Shown here piece by piece: positions 17,409 to 28,912 of a DNA stretch of 64,000 nt. Each line of letters opens with the position of its first letter. Positions within the stretch are counted from its first letter, which is position 1. The DNA is from Sphaerochaeta sp. (GTDB taxonomy: Bacteria > Spirochaetota > Spirochaetia > Sphaerochaetales > Sphaerochaetaceae), in NCBI GenBank assembly GCA_023228445.1, contig JALOBD010000001.1, forward strand, positions 1,101 through 65,100, given 5' to 3'. The position numbers were made by a program, and so were the translations under genes. The notes under the pieces are model-generated. The model did not search any database, was not told the origin of the DNA, and saw only the letters and a list, made by a program, of their open reading frames with translations.

Positions 17409-18434
17409 ATGATTACCACCGCATTCTTCGACACCAAGCCGTACGACCGACCCCACTTTGATGCACTGGCCTCAGCGTTGGGGGTTTCGATCACATACTT
17501 TGAGTCAAAGCTCAATGAAAAGACGGCCACGCTGGCCCGAGGCTTTGATGTCGTCTGCGCCTTTGTCAATGATACGATCAGCGAGCGCGTGATCGATACC
17601 CTCTACGAAGGTGGGGTGCGCCTCATCGCCATGCGCTGCGCCGGGTACAATAACATCGACTTCAAGGCCGCTTACGGCAAGATCCACATCGTCCGGGTGC
17701 CGGCATACTCACCGCACGCAGTGGCCGAGCACGCCGTTGCACTCCTGCTCAGTGCGGTGCGCCACATCCACAAGAGCTATGCCCGTACCCGGGAGTTCAA
17801 CTTCAGCCTCACCGGCTTGGTGGGCTTCGACCTCTATGGCAAGACCGTCGGGGTGGTGGGCACGGGCAAGATCGGGCGGGTCTTCTGTGATATCTGCCGC
17901 GGCTTTGGCATGCGGGTGCTCGCCTACGACCCGTACCCGGCCGCGGATCTGGATGTGGAGTACTGTAGCTTTGAAGCGCTGTGTCGAGAGAGTGACGTCA
18001 TCAGCCTCCACTGCCCGCTCACCGAGGAGAGCCTCCACCTCATCGACCGGGCGAGCATCGCCTTGATGAAGGAGGGGGTTGTGATCATCAACACCTCACG
18101 GGGTGCCCTCATCGACAGCCACGCACTCCTCGAGGGGATACGCAGCAGAAAGATCGGGTCGGCGGCACTGGACGTCTACGAGGAGGAGGCAGAGCTCTTC
18201 TATGAGGATCAGAGCGCGACAATCCTCAGCGACGATGTGCTGATGCTCCTCATCTCGATGCCCAATGTGCTGGTGACCAGCCACCAGGCCTTCCTCACCG
18301 AGGAGGCACTCTCCAATATCGCCGAGACGACGATGGCATCCATCGATGCTTTTGGCCGGGGAGCCTTCATGGAGCATGAGATCTGCTATCGCTGTGACCA
18401 CTGCCACAAGCGTGAGGGGGCGCGCTGCTTCTAG
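17409..18434 (+). CDS. ldhA: D-lactate dehydrogenase (D-2-hydroxyacid dehydrogenase)
   Basis: RCAGYNNID, VPAYSPHAVAEH, GTGKIG, SLHCPLT, INTSRG, HQAFLT. Confidence 0.9.
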   Translation: MITTAFFDTKPYDRPHFDALASALGVSITYFESKLNEKTATLARGFDVVCAFVNDTISERVIDTLYEGGVRLIAMRCAGYNNIDFKAAYGKIHIVRVPAYSPHAVAEHAVALLLSAVRHIHKSYARTREFNFSLTGLVGFDLYGKTVGVVGTGKIGRVFCDICRGFGMRVLAYDPYPAADLDVEYCSFEALCRESDVISLHCPLTEESLHLIDRASIALMKEGVVIINTSRGALIDSHALLEGIRSRKIGSAALDVYEEEAELFYEDQSATILSDDVLMLLISMPNVLVTSHQAFLTEEALSNIAETTMASIDAFGRGAFMEHEICYRCDHCHKREGARCF

Positions 18435-20662
18435 TCCTCGCTCACCCGCCTGACCACCTTGGCTCGTTTGGGAGCAGCGACCTTGACAACCTGACGGTGG
18501 GTGATGAGGAAAGCGCTGTGGATATTGCCACTGGCCTTGAAGTCGTCACCGATGGTTTGTTCGCTGATCTCCTCGACGTGGTAGCGCTCACTGACCCAGT
18601 CATCGAGGTTGAAGCGGCGGTAGTTGGTGGAGAAGATCAGCGTTCCGTGCCAGTCGAGGTGGTCCATGCACTTTCTGATGAGCTGGGCGTGGTCGCGTCC
18701 GACATCGAAGTGGTCGCGCCCCGTCCCATTTGAGAAGGTGGGTGGGTCGCAGAAGATCACGTCATAGCGCTCATAGGTCTGATAGAGGAAGTCCAAAACG
18801 TCGCTCTGGTAGTAGAAGTGGTTCATTCCCCCGTAGCCGTTGAGGCGCATGTTTTGCTCGGCCCAGTTGAGGTAGGTGGAGGAGGTGTCGACGCTGACTG
18901 TTGAGATAGCGCCGCCCTTGGCCGCTTGCACGGTGGCAGTCCCGGTGTAGCAGAAGAGGTTCAAGAAGCGCTTGCCTTCGCACAGCGTCGCGATGAGGGC
19001 GCGTACCGGGCGGTGGTCGAGGAAGATGCCGGTATCCAGATAGTCGGTAAAGTTGACCAGATAGCGTGCTTCGTTCTCGTTGATGATGAAGAAGCGGTCG
19101 CTGTTGGCAAGCTTTTCGTATTGGTCGGCCCCCTTCTGTCGGCGCCGAACCTTGACGAAGATCCGCTCCCGGTCTACTCCGGTGGCGCGCTCGGTTACAT
19201 CCACCATCTCCTCACGGTGCACCTCCACGAACTGCTCACTGACCGATTCGGGAGCCTCATATTCAGAGAGGACCGCCCACCGTCCCTCATAGAGGTCGAT
19301 TGAGGCGTTGTACTGGCCCAGGTCGCGGTCGTAGATCCGGTAGTTGGTCACCCCCTGCCGCTCCATTTCAGGCTTCAATGCCTCAAGGTTTTTAGCCAGG
19401 CGGTTGTAGAGGGTCTGCGCCTCCTCCCCCAACGGCTGGGCCAGGCGGACAGCGCGCGCCTCCTCTGCTCGCAGCGTAAGCAGCGCGCGTTGCTCTTCGG
19501 TGAAGACGCGGTAGTGGGCGACCTGACAGGCGATGCCCCCGCTGTTGAGCGTATTGGTTCGGTCGCTCTTCATGTCGATGTACTCAAGGAGTTCGGGGTT
19601 CCCGCTCATGACGGTGATGTGCCACCCGCCATAGTAACGCTGCCAGACCTCACTCATCGTTCGATAGAGATCGATGAGGTTGCCCTCGAGACGAATTCCA
19701 TAGGGGGGGTCGGTGATGATATACCCCGCCTCGAGCGGTACATCATCCTCGTTGATCTGGCGAAACTCCTTGACGCGGAAGTCTATGAGGTCGTCGACAC
19801 CCGCCTCCTCAGCAGCACGCTTGGCAATCGCGATGGCCTGAGGATCGTGGTCCCACCCATAGATGGCGATGTGCCGTCCTTTGGCTGCCTCTTCACGGTC
19901 CCGTGCCGCTTGCACCACCTCCTCGTAGAGGTCCTGGTCGTGGATGGGGAGGAAGAGGAAGGCAAAGTTTCTCGCCTTGACGAGGCCCGGTGCCCGGTCA
20001 GCTGCCCACAGCGCTGCCTCAATGACAATCGTGCCCGATCCACAGAAGGGATCGATGAGCACGGGTGAGCGCTCTTGGCGGACCATCGCCTTGTACCACT
20101 CGCTGCGGTAGATCAGCGCGCTGGCAACGTACTCGCTCATCACCGCCTCCGTCTGTTCGTCACGGTAACCGCGCCGATGGAGGGAGCGGCCGGAGAAGTC
20201 GACGAACCAACTGACCCGGTCCTCTTCGATGTGGAGGTGGAAGATGATATCGCTCTCCTCGATGTCGACCTCCGGGCGATTGCCGTCAAACTTCTCCCTA
20301 CAGCGGTCGACGATGGCATCCTTGAGGCGGATGGCACCGAACTTGCTGTTGCGCAGGTATGGGCAGTTCTTCACCGTATGGGTGATGGAGAATGTGACAT
20401 CAGGGTTGACCCACTCCTCCCACGGCAGGGCCATCGAGGCCTCATAGAGCTCGTCAGCGCTTTGGATGTCGTCATCCTGCCAGAGGCCAAGCAAGAGGCG
20501 GGTGGAGGTACGGCTGTAGAGACAGAAGCGGTACGCCGCTCTCAAGTCGGCGTTGAACTCGACCCCCCCACTGACGGCGTGGATGTCGCTGGCGCCCGCT
20601 TGGCGCGCCTCTTCCTCGATGATGTCGGTCATGTGCAGGGCGCTGGTGGCAAAGAAGATCAT
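18431..20662 (-). CDS. rlmKL: Bifunctional 23S rRNA methyltransferase RlmK/RlmL
   Basis: THUMP, SLHRRGYR, DPFCGSGT, TDPPYG; second MTase DYLDTGIFLDHR, LNLFCYTG, DPPTFSN. Confidence 0.96.
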   Translation of the reverse strand: MIFFATSALHMTDIIEEEARQAGASDIHAVSGGVEFNADLRAAYRFCLYSRTSTRLLLGLWQDDDIQSADELYEASMALPWEEWVNPDVTFSITHTVKNCPYLRNSKFGAIRLKDAIVDRCREKFDGNRPEVDIEESDIIFHLHIEEDRVSWFVDFSGRSLHRRGYRDEQTEAVMSEYVASALIYRSEWYKAMVRQERSPVLIDPFCGSGTIVIEAALWAADRAPGLVKARNFAFLFLPIHDQDLYEEVVQAARDREEAAKGRHIAIYGWDHDPQAIAIAKRAAEEAGVDDLIDFRVKEFRQINEDDVPLEAGYIITDPPYGIRLEGNLIDLYRTMSEVWQRYYGGWHITVMSGNPELLEYIDMKSDRTNTLNSGGIACQVAHYRVFTEEQRALLTLRAEEARAVRLAQPLGEEAQTLYNRLAKNLEALKPEMERQGVTNYRIYDRDLGQYNASIDLYEGRWAVLSEYEAPESVSEQFVEVHREEMVDVTERATGVDRERIFVKVRRRQKGADQYEKLANSDRFFIINENEARYLVNFTDYLDTGIFLDHRPVRALIATLCEGKRFLNLFCYTGTATVQAAKGGAISTVSVDTSSTYLNWAEQNMRLNGYGGMNHFYYQSDVLDFLYQTYERYDVIFCDPPTFSNGTGRDHFDVGRDHAQLIRKCMDHLDWHGTLIFSTNYRRFNLDDWVSERYHVEEISEQTIGDDFKASGNIHSAFLITHRQVVKVAAPKRAKVVRRVSED

Positions 20663-20668
20663 TGGGTG

Positions 20669-21601
20669 TTACTCTCCGCGCTCAAAGAGCGCCTTCAACT
20701 CGTCTTGAGTGAAGTGGTAGTGGGTGTTGCAATTCAGACAGACCAGCTCCAGCGGGAAGGGTCCGTGGGTGAGGATGTCCTGCTGTTCAGCTTCGTCCAA
20801 TTGGGTGAGGTAGGTCTCGTACTGCGCTCTTGAACAGGGGCAGTGGAAGTTCAGCGCCTGGTGTTGGAGGTACTGCACGCCAAAGGGTGCATAGTGCGCC
20901 TCAACGAAGTGCTTCACGCTCTCCCCTTCAGCTATGGCACCGCCGAGGGAGGGGAGGGCCGCACTCAGGTCTTCGACGCGGCCCAAAGTACCCTCATCAC
21001 AGCCGGGCAACGCCTGGATGAAGATCGCCCCACTGCCGTCGACATTCCCTCTCTGGTCGAAGTGGACGGAGAGGATGATGAGCGTCGGTGTCTGTTCCGA
21101 CTGGCGGAAGTAGTGGGCCAGGTCCCGGGCCAAATCGCCGTACTGCATCATCACCTGGCCGCTGAAGGGCTGTTTTCGTCCCTCGAGGATTTTGGTGACG
21201 GTCAGGAACCCCGGCCCGTAGAGCTCATCGAGGTCCAGGCTCTCCAGTGGTTTCTCCAGCGGGATGGGGTTGTGCTTGAGGTAGCCGCGCACCGCCCCAT
21301 TGGCCCACGCTTCGGTATAGACGCCACCGATGGGTCCGCCGCACTCGATGTTCAGCTGCACCCGGTCGTTCTCCTTGACCGTGCTGGCCAAGAGGCCGGC
21401 AGCAAGGTACGCTTGGCCAAGGACATAGGTCTCCAGGAGACCGAGGCCGTGGTTGGCTCTCATCCGATTGATGAGGGTGGAGGCGCCGATGGCGGTGAGC
21501 CGAATCTGCCCATCGTGGAGCAGAAACACCTCCCTTCCATCGGGTGGAAGGGAGGAGAGGTGTTCTATCAATTCTATGTTGGGGATTTCGGTGATGGTCA
21601 T
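20669..21601 (-). CDS. hslO: Hsp33 redox-regulated chaperone
   Basis: YFRQSEQTPT and C-terminal CPCS...CLNC zinc motif. Confidence 0.93.
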   Translation of the reverse strand: MTITEIPNIELIEHLSSLPPDGREVFLLHDGQIRLTAIGASTLINRMRANHGLGLLETYVLGQAYLAAGLLASTVKENDRVQLNIECGGPIGGVYTEAWANGAVRGYLKHNPIPLEKPLESLDLDELYGPGFLTVTKILEGRKQPFSGQVMMQYGDLARDLAHYFRQSEQTPTLIILSVHFDQRGNVDGSGAIFIQALPGCDEGTLGRVEDLSAALPSLGGAIAEGESVKHFVEAHYAPFGVQYLQHQALNFHCPCSRAQYETYLTQLDEAEQQDILTHGPFPLELVCLNCNTHYHFTQDELKALFERGE

Positions 21602-21612
21602 AGGGGCTCAGA

Positions 21613-23550
21613 TTAGCCAATGACCTCGTTTTTTGCAAGAGTGTGGAAGTCGTCTCCGCTGAGGACCTCATGCTCGAGCAGATGTTCTGCGATGGTGGTC
21701 AGCGCCTTCTGGTTCTTCAGCAAGTTGCCCTTGACCAACGCATAGCGTTCACCGACGATCCGCGCGGTCTCGCTGTCGATATACTCCTGGGCCTTCTCCG
21801 AGTATTCACGAGCCCCCGCGACCCCGGCGATCCCACTTTGGGTGGTCGGCAAGGTGATATTGCGGTAGCGCTCGCTCATGCCGAACTCAGTGATCATCCG
21901 CCGCACCAAATCGCTTGCCCGACTGATATCATTTCCCGCTCCCGTGGAGATCTCCCCGAAGACTACCTCTTCGGCAGCGCGGCCGCCGAGCAACGTGTCG
22001 ATGTTGCCCAACAACTCCGTCTCGCTGAGCAGGAACCGATCTTCGGTGGGGTACTGCAGGGTATACCCCAGTGCACCCAGACCACGGGGGATGATGGAGA
22101 TTTTGCTCACCGGTTCGGCTCCCTCGGTGAGGTAGGCGGTCAGCGCGTGGCCGGTCTCGTGGTAGGCGACGCGGGTGCGCTCCTTTTCGTTGAGGATCCG
22201 GCTCTTGCGCTCAAGGCCAGCCACCGACTTCTCGATCGCCTCTTCGAAGTCCTCCTGGCTGACGGTCTTGCGTTTGGCGCGCACTGCCATCAAGGCGGCC
22301 TCGTTGGCGATGTTGGCCAGATCGGCTCCCGCAAGGCCAGCGGCCCCCTGGGCAATCTTCTTCAGGTCGACATCGTCGCCGAGCTTGATATTCCGGGTAT
22401 GGATCTTGAGGATTTCGTGGCGGCCATCGAGGTCGGGCTTGTCGATGAGCACCTGGCGGTCGAAGCGACCGGGGCGCAGCAGTGCAGGGTCGAGGATCTC
22501 GGGGCGGTTGGTCGCCGCGAGGATGATGACCCCCGTCCTGGAGTCGAAGCCATCCATCTCGACGAGCAGCTGGTTGAGTGTTTGCTCACGCTCATCGTTG
22601 CCTCCGATGCCGGCTGCGACGCGAGAGCGGCCGATGGCGTCGATCTCATCGATGAAGATGATACATGGGGAGTTCTCCCTCGCCTGGCGGAAGAGGTCAC
22701 GTACCCGGGCAGCTCCGACACCGACGAACATCTCGACGAAGTCAGCCCCGCTCATCTTGAAGAACGGGACCCCGCTCTCGCCGGCCACCGCCTTTGCCAA
22801 CAGTGTCTTTCCGGTTCCCGGCGGTCCGACGAGGAGGACTCCCTTGGGGATCTTGCCCCCGATCTCGGTGTACTTGGTCGGGTTTTTCAAAAAGTCCACA
22901 ACCTCCTCGAGCTCATATTTGGATTCATCGGCTCCCGCGACATCGTCGAAGCGGATACCGGTATCGCCCTCTGCGACGATCTTCGCCTTGTTCTGGTTGA
23001 AGGAGAGCACCCCCTGGCCGCCGCCGCCCATCCTCGAGAAGAGGAAACGCCAGATGAGGATGATGAAGACGAAGGGGAGGGCGTAACTGAAGAGTGTCGA
23101 CAGGAGGCTCGGTTTTGCCGGCGGGGTTGCGTAGTACTCAACCCCCTTGCTGTCCATCAAGGGGATGAGGGCGGGGTCGTCGACCTTGTAGGTGGAGTAG
23201 GACTGCAGCGTCGATGCGTCATCGGCGATGAAGGAGCGCAGGTCGTCGGCCACACTGTCTCGGTTGAAGGAGTAGCCGACCAACTTCTCCTCTTCGATGG
23301 CCACCCGCCTGATGGTCCCTTGGTCGATCAACTGCTTGAACTGGGTGTAGTCGACGGAGTGGACGGTCCCCTGGCGGGTCGTCATGAAGGAGTTGAGTGC
23401 CATGAAGAGGATGATGATGATGAAGAAGTACCAGAATGAGAAGGTGAAGCGCTTCTTGTCCTTGCCTCCACTTTCATTGAGGTGAACACCCGGTTCGATG
23501 TTCAGCTTCTTCTTGAAGGAGTCTTTCCAATCTTTATTGTCTTTTGCCAT
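21613..23550 (-). CDS. ftsH: ATP-dependent zinc metalloprotease FtsH
   Basis: Two TMs, [29 protein letters not shown]. Confidence 0.98.
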   Translation of the reverse strand: MAKDNKDWKDSFKKKLNIEPGVHLNESGGKDKKRFTFSFWYFFIIIILFMALNSFMTTRQGTVHSVDYTQFKQLIDQGTIRRVAIEEEKLVGYSFNRDSVADDLRSFIADDASTLQSYSTYKVDDPALIPLMDSKGVEYYATPPAKPSLLSTLFSYALPFVFIILIWRFLFSRMGGGGQGVLSFNQNKAKIVAEGDTGIRFDDVAGADESKYELEEVVDFLKNPTKYTEIGGKIPKGVLLVGPPGTGKTLLAKAVAGESGVPFFKMSGADFVEMFVGVGAARVRDLFRQARENSPCIIFIDEIDAIGRSRVAAGIGGNDEREQTLNQLLVEMDGFDSRTGVIILAATNRPEILDPALLRPGRFDRQVLIDKPDLDGRHEILKIHTRNIKLGDDVDLKKIAQGAAGLAGADLANIANEAALMAVRAKRKTVSQEDFEEAIEKSVAGLERKSRILNEKERTRVAYHETGHALTAYLTEGAEPVSKISIIPRGLGALGYTLQYPTEDRFLLSETELLGNIDTLLGGRAAEEVVFGEISTGAGNDISRASDLVRRMITEFGMSERYRNITLPTTQSGIAGVAGAREYSEKAQEYIDSETARIVGERYALVKGNLLKNQKALTTIAEHLLEHEVLSGDDFHTLAKNEVIG

Positions 23551-23599
23551 GTTGTTATCCTTAAGGGTAGGGGCAGGGGTGCGGATCACCCACACCCCC

Positions 23600-23643
23600 A
23601 ATATACCCTTGCAATTGCCAATCGGCAACAAGCGGGCTATCAT
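23600..23643. promoter_or_regulatory. Overlapping divergent promoters of ftsH and the SDR gene
   Basis: Minus: TTGCCG(23623-28)-17-TATATT(23600-05). Plus: TTGCCA(23615-20)-17-TATCAT(23638-43)-8 nt-ATG. Confidence 0.6.
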
Positions 23644-23651
23644 GCTCTCCT

Positions 23652-24383
23652 ATGGGACTGAATCGTGAAGTGGTACTGGTCACCGGTGCATCACAGCGCC
23701 TTGGGGCCCAGATGGTACGCTCTCTCTCAGCAGCGGGGTATGCCGTCATCCTCCACACCCGCCGAGCCACCAGTGAGGCTCGCCAGCTCAAGCGCGATCT
23801 TGATGAACAGAATCTGTTGACGTCGATCGTCGAGGGCGATCTGACCGAGGTGCAGGCCATCAACGATCTCTTTGGGCGGGCACTTACCCGCTACGGGCGC
23901 ATCGACCACCTGGTCAACAACGCCTCCTCCTTCTCTCCGCTCTCGGTCGAAGAGACCACCGTTGAGGCGTTCACCTCGCTGATGGCGTTGCACAACAGCG
24001 CTCCGTTCTTCCTCTCAAAGGAGCTGTACATCCATCTGAAGCAACACAATAGACGGGGGAGTGTCATCAATATCTGTGATGCCACCCTCTCTGCCCCCAA
24101 ATCCTCCCGGCCCGCCTACTACATCGCCAAAGGAGCGCTCTTGGCCCAGACCAAAGCCCTGGCGGTGGCTCTGGGCCCGGTTGTACGGGTAAACGCCATC
24201 TCCCCTGGCCCCATCCTTGCCAATGCGGATGACAAGGGGTACTTCACACGGATGGCAGAGCGACTGCCGGTGGGGCATACCGGAGCTGCATCTGATATCT
24301 CCCGATCGGTCAAATTCCTGCTCGAATCACCCTTTATCACTGGAATCGAGGTGGTGGTGGACGGGGGGCTCAGACTTTTGTAG
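23652..24383 (+). CDS. SDR oxidoreductase, pteridine reductase/FolM-like
   Basis: TGASQRLG, LVNNAS, INICD, YYIAK, RVNAISPG. Confidence 0.85.
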   Translation: MGLNREVVLVTGASQRLGAQMVRSLSAAGYAVILHTRRATSEARQLKRDLDEQNLLTSIVEGDLTEVQAINDLFGRALTRYGRIDHLVNNASSFSPLSVEETTVEAFTSLMALHNSAPFFLSKELYIHLKQHNRRGSVINICDATLSAPKSSRPAYYIAKGALLAQTKALAVALGPVVRVNAISPGPILANADDKGYFTRMAERLPVGHTGAASDISRSVKFLLESPFITGIEVVVDGGLRLL

Positions 24384-24476
24384 ATTGTATGGAGTTACCC
24401 ACCCGTCGCTTGCTTCTTCTCTCTCATTCATACGATAGTTGAGAGGATACCATCGCACAGAATAGGAGTGTAGCCG

Positions 24477-25922
24477 ATGCACCATGTTCGTATACGTACC
24501 CTTGCCGTGATGATCGTGGCAAGCCTTATCACCCTCCCCCTTGCCGCCCTCCCGCTCACTGCCATCGTGGAGAGAGCCCTCACCGAGAGTGCGCGGATGC
24601 AAGATCTGGAGCTCACCAAGCGCGATACCCTGCTGAGAATCGGTCTTACCCAAGCAGAGGATGGGGTGGGGATCGCGGTGAGTGGGGATCTGACGACCAC
24701 CGTCGATTTCGCTGCCCCCTCTGCCACCCTGAGATCTTCAGGAATCAATGCAACCGTCGTGTTGCCGAATGATGGCAAGACTTCAATCCAAGTCTCTACT
24801 GGAGCTCTCTCCTATGCCCCTTCCTCAAGCAACTACTCAGTATCCCCATCTGTCAGGGCAAGCCACACCATCACCTACGGGCTGACCACCGACAATCGGA
24901 AAAGCCTGAACAATCGGCAGACCGAAATTATGGCGACCTCCACCTACGATTCCAGCCGGGTGAACTACACAACCAGCCTCTACACCCAGATCGCCACCAT
25001 CCTCGACAACGAGAAGAACATCAAGAAGACAACCAAGGAGCTCGCCGACTCGAAGCGGACCCTCGAGCAAAACCTCACCCTCAACCTGGTCCGGGAGGGC
25101 AGCCTCATCCACCGTGCATCACAACAAGCCATCGGGAGCAAAGAGACCACCCTCGAAGCACTCAATGCAGCGCGCGAACTCTACATGAGGCAGTTCAAGA
25201 ATCTCGCCGGCTTTGAGTGGGAGGGGGTGGATGAGATACCTGAGCCAAACCTCCTTTTCAATCCCGATATGAAGAAGAACAGCAGCCTCACGCTCAAGGG
25301 CCTGGCGCTGGATTTGGCAAAAGAGGACCTTGCCCTTGAGAAGGCCAAGTATACTAATACGAGCTTGGGCGTGGTCGGAAGCATCGGGTATGCGACATCA
25401 AAACTGACCACCATGGCTGGGAAGACTGACTATGAAAACGACCTCACGGTAAAGGGGTCTGCCTCCTTCGGTCCCACGAACCAGCAGTATTCGATCTCCG
25501 CAGGTGTGACCGCATCCTATGATTTTGAAAACAACACCTTCTCCCCCTCCCTGACCATCGGCGGTTCCTGGTCAAACAACCCCAGCTCCTATAGCGAGGG
25601 GTTGCAGTTGCAACAGTTGGAGAATGCGGTGCTGACGGCAGAGCTTGCCTATCGCACTGCTGTGGATGAGTTCAACCAGAGTGTGGTGAGCATACAGAAC
25701 AGCATCGCCTCCTATCTGATGAACTACTCACTGTTGTTGGAGAGTATGGCGTATAATCAAGAGACCCTCGAGCAACAGCAGGACCTCTTTGGGCGGGGCC
25801 TTGCCACCGCCCAAGATGTCGAGGACGCCCAGTTCACCGTGGATCTGGATGCGTATACCCTCCACTCCAGCTTGCTGGAGGGACTGAAACTGGAAAATCA
25901 AATCAAGATCCTCGGACTATAA
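24477..25922 (+). CDS. TolC-like outer membrane efflux protein
   Basis: Signal peptide, two repeats of helix/beta/helix, LF..GL.T..D motif; first gene of an efflux operon. Confidence 0.75.
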   Translation: MHHVRIRTLAVMIVASLITLPLAALPLTAIVERALTESARMQDLELTKRDTLLRIGLTQAEDGVGIAVSGDLTTTVDFAAPSATLRSSGINATVVLPNDGKTSIQVSTGALSYAPSSSNYSVSPSVRASHTITYGLTTDNRKSLNNRQTEIMATSTYDSSRVNYTTSLYTQIATILDNEKNIKKTTKELADSKRTLEQNLTLNLVREGSLIHRASQQAIGSKETTLEALNAARELYMRQFKNLAGFEWEGVDEIPEPNLLFNPDMKKNSSLTLKGLALDLAKEDLALEKAKYTNTSLGVVGSIGYATSKLTTMAGKTDYENDLTVKGSASFGPTNQQYSISAGVTASYDFENNTFSPSLTIGGSWSNNPSSYSEGLQLQQLENAVLTAELAYRTAVDEFNQSVVSIQNSIASYLMNYSLLLESMAYNQETLEQQQDLFGRGLATAQDVEDAQFTVDLDAYTLHSSLLEGLKLENQIKILGL

Positions 25923-25934
25923 GGAAGGACGTTC

Positions 25935-27032
25935 ATGAGCGAGAACAAGAGTGAGAACCAAGTACGAAACCAACTGAGAAAGAAGCAGCGCCGCCAGCGC
26001 ATCAAGCGGCTCATCACCACGGTGGTGATCATCGCTCTGATCGGCGGGGGTCTCTTTCTCTACAACTTCTACAAAGAGAATGAGCGCTTCCCCTGGGCCG
26101 AGAAGAGAGCTCCCATCAGTGCAGTGAGGGAGGTGGAGGCACAGGTCACCGAATCAATCTTCACCACCACCATCGACCTCTCCGGCTACGTGGAGCCCAA
26201 CGAGATCCAGAAGGTGCTCCTCAGGGCCACCGGGACGGTCACCGATGTGTTTGTCAAAGAAGGAGAACAGATCAAGAAGGGTGATGTGCTCATCGCCATC
26301 GACAACACCGACCAGCTGTACAACGTGGCCAGCCTCGAGGCGGATTTGGAGCGCATCCTCTTGACCGGCAGTGAGCGTGATCGCACGCTCACCGAGATGA
26401 AGCTGGAATCGGCACGCAAGAAGCTCGACTACACCAAGGCGTACGCCAACTTCGATGGGGTGGTGGCGTCGGTGAACGTCAACGTCGGTGACTACTTCGA
26501 TGCCGGCTCTCCGGCCATGACGATCATCGACCGCTCAACGCTGAAAGCCACCGTCGAGATCGATGAGATCGACATGCAGTACGTACAGCTCGGGCAGAAG
26601 GCAGTCCTCTACTTCGACTCCTACCCCGACTCCTCCATCGATGCAGTGGTCGAGTACATCCCGATGATCGGGCGCTACACCAACCAGGGCATCGGCGTCA
26701 TGGATGTGGAGCTGAAGATCCCATCGCCGCCCTCCACCATCGCCCCCGGCTACACCTTCGATGGCAGCATCACCAGCGAGGGGGAGACGAAGATCCTCCT
26801 CCTGCCCCAGAGTGCGGTAACCACCAGCCGCGGCAGCAGCAGCGTCACCAAGAAGCTGGAGGATGGGACCACCGCCCGTGTTCCGGTTACGGTCAAGTAC
26901 CTTGGAGAGGGTATGAGCCAGTTGCTCAGCGGCGATATCAAGGCCGGCGATACGCTGGTCATCCGCCGTACCGACACCTCCAACCCCTTCGCTGCCATCG
27001 GGGTCAGCGGACCGCAGATGAGGATGTTCTAG
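25935..27032 (+). CDS. MacA-like periplasmic adaptor (MFP)
   Basis: TM anchor, GTV..V.VKEG..IKKGD lipoyl-like half-domains, A.FDGVV. Confidence 0.9.
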   Translation: MSENKSENQVRNQLRKKQRRQRIKRLITTVVIIALIGGGLFLYNFYKENERFPWAEKRAPISAVREVEAQVTESIFTTTIDLSGYVEPNEIQKVLLRATGTVTDVFVKEGEQIKKGDVLIAIDNTDQLYNVASLEADLERILLTGSERDRTLTEMKLESARKKLDYTKAYANFDGVVASVNVNVGDYFDAGSPAMTIIDRSTLKATVEIDEIDMQYVQLGQKAVLYFDSYPDSSIDAVVEYIPMIGRYTNQGIGVMDVELKIPSPPSTIAPGYTFDGSITSEGETKILLLPQSAVTTSRGSSSVTKKLEDGTTARVPVTVKYLGEGMSQLLSGDIKAGDTLVIRRTDTSNPFAAIGVSGPQMRMF

Positions 27033-27033
27033 C

Positions 27034-27708
27034 ATGACTGAGAGTGTAATTCGCCTCGAGGATGTGACTCGCTACTACCTGATGGGGGAGTTCGTCGTCA
27101 AGGCGTTGGACGGGGTCTCCATCGATATCTCCCGCGGCGAATTCACCGCCATCATGGGGCCGTCGGGCAGTGGCAAGTCAACGATGATGAACCTCATCGG
27201 CTGCCTCGATACCCCCACCAGCGGCTATATCGACATCGACGGTGAGAATACCGCCGGCCTCAACGAGGCCGAGCTTGCCTATATCCGCAACCGGAAGGTC
27301 GGCTTCGTCTTCCAGCAGTTCAACCTCTTGGGCAAGCTTACTGCGCTGGACAACGTCATCACCCCGCTGCTCTATGCAGGCGCGTCGGTGCGGGAGCGCA
27401 AACAGACGGCGATCCATGCCCTTGAGCGTGTCGGCCTCGCCGATCGGATGCACCACCGCCCCAATGAGCTGAGTGGTGGGCAGAAGCAACGCGTCGCCAT
27501 CGCCCGGGCGCTGGTGAACAACCCGACGATCCTCTTGGCCGATGAACCCACCGGTGCGTTGGATACCCGCACAGGAAATCAGATCCTGGAGCTCTTCGAG
27601 GAGCTCAACAGTGAAGGCAGGACGGTGATCCTTGTCACCCACGACCGCGATCTGGGGATGCGCAGCCACCGTCAGATCCACCTGCGTGACGGAAGAGTGG
27701 AGGCATAG
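27034..27708 (+). CDS. MacB/LolD-type ABC ATPase
   Basis: [35 protein letters not shown]. Confidence 0.95.
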   Translation: MTESVIRLEDVTRYYLMGEFVVKALDGVSIDISRGEFTAIMGPSGSGKSTMMNLIGCLDTPTSGYIDIDGENTAGLNEAELAYIRNRKVGFVFQQFNLLGKLTALDNVITPLLYAGASVRERKQTAIHALERVGLADRMHHRPNELSGGQKQRVAIARALVNNPTILLADEPTGALDTRTGNQILELFEELNSEGRTVILVTHDRDLGMRSHRQIHLRDGRVEA

Positions 27709-27709
27709 C

Positions 27710-28891
27710 ATGCTGATCGAAAACATCAAACTCGCCTTCAACGCCATGCGCGGCTCAAAGATGCGCACCGCCCTCAGCCTCCTGGGTATCGTCATCGGGG
27801 TCGCCTCAGTGGTTGCGATCCTCACCATCGGTGACAGCGCCTCAAAGTCCATCACCGACTCAATCGCCGTCGGCGGTCTGGATATGGTCACCATCTATCC
27901 ATCAGCTGGCCAGCGCAGCAGTGGCACCTTCGACGAGGCGTTCAGCGATATGCTCAGACGCGATGTGGAAGGAATCGAGACCGTGCTGCCACAGAACAGT
28001 TCGACGGTTCGGGTCCGCAACGGCAAGGAGTCCAAGAGTGTCTCGGTGGCCGGGGTGCTCAGCGACTACGGTGATGTCCTCAACCTCGAGTACTCCGAGG
28101 GCGGTTTCTTCGAGGCGATGGATAACATCAACCGTCGCCAAGTCATCGTGCTTGGCTCAACGGTGGCAAAGGATCTCTTCCCCGACCAGGCGGCGGTAGG
28201 CCAGTACGTCAGCCTCTTTCGCAACCAAGCGAAGAGCTACCTCATCGTCGGGGTGCTGGAGAGCAAGGACGCCACCTTCAGCCTCTCCTACAACAATACC
28301 GTCTTTATCCCCTACAACACCTACAGCCAGCGTTTCATCCGCACCAGCGGGGTGGGGGCGTACGTGGTGAAGGTCGCCGAGGGCTTTGACACCATCGAGG
28401 TCAGCGACCACGTCACCGAGTACCTCGATGACATCGTCGGCACCGATGGGTACAGCATCTTCTCCCCCGCTTCGCTTGCCGAGATGGCCGAACAGATCAC
28501 CGGCACCTTCAGTTCATTCCTCGCCCTCATCGCTGCGATCAGTCTGCTCGTCGGCGGCATTGGCATCATGAACATCATGCTCGTCTCGGTGGCCGAGCGG
28601 ACCAAGGAGATCGGCATCCGCAAGGCATTGGGGGCAAGCCCCAACGTGATCCGCGGCCAGTTCCTCGTCGAGGCGTTGACGCTGACCCTGCTTGGGGGGA
28701 TGCTCGGTATCGCGCTGGGCTCACTGCTCAGCTATGCGGTGACCAACATGCTCGATTGGTCGTTGCATTTATCATATGCCTCGTTCATACTTGCTATGGG
28801 TTTCTCGATGTTTGTCGGCATCTTCTTCGGTTGGTATCCGGCAATGAAGGCCTCTCGGCTCGACCCGATCGAGGCGTTGAACTACGAGTGA
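27710..28891 (+). CDS. MacB/FtsX-type ABC permease
   Basis: RTALSLLGIVIGV, GGIGIMNIMLVSV.ERTKEIGIRKALGA, PA.KASRLDPIEAL. Confidence 0.95.
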   Translation: MLIENIKLAFNAMRGSKMRTALSLLGIVIGVASVVAILTIGDSASKSITDSIAVGGLDMVTIYPSAGQRSSGTFDEAFSDMLRRDVEGIETVLPQNSSTVRVRNGKESKSVSVAGVLSDYGDVLNLEYSEGGFFEAMDNINRRQVIVLGSTVAKDLFPDQAAVGQYVSLFRNQAKSYLIVGVLESKDATFSLSYNNTVFIPYNTYSQRFIRTSGVGAYVVKVAEGFDTIEVSDHVTEYLDDIVGTDGYSIFSPASLAEMAEQITGTFSSFLALIAAISLLVGGIGIMNIMLVSVAERTKEIGIRKALGASPNVIRGQFLVEALTLTLLGGMLGIALGSLLSYAVTNMLDWSLHLSYASFILAMGFSMFVGIFFGWYPAMKASRLDPIEALNYE

Positions 28892-28912
28892 TCCATACGG
28901 GGGAGCAATTCA

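Noticed and set aside
21643-23439. 598-aa ORF antisense to ftsH (and similar shadows over the NtrC, SBP, ymdB and mnmG genes)
   Set aside because: Expected stop-free antisense frames in high-GC3 genes; no motifs or initiation signals
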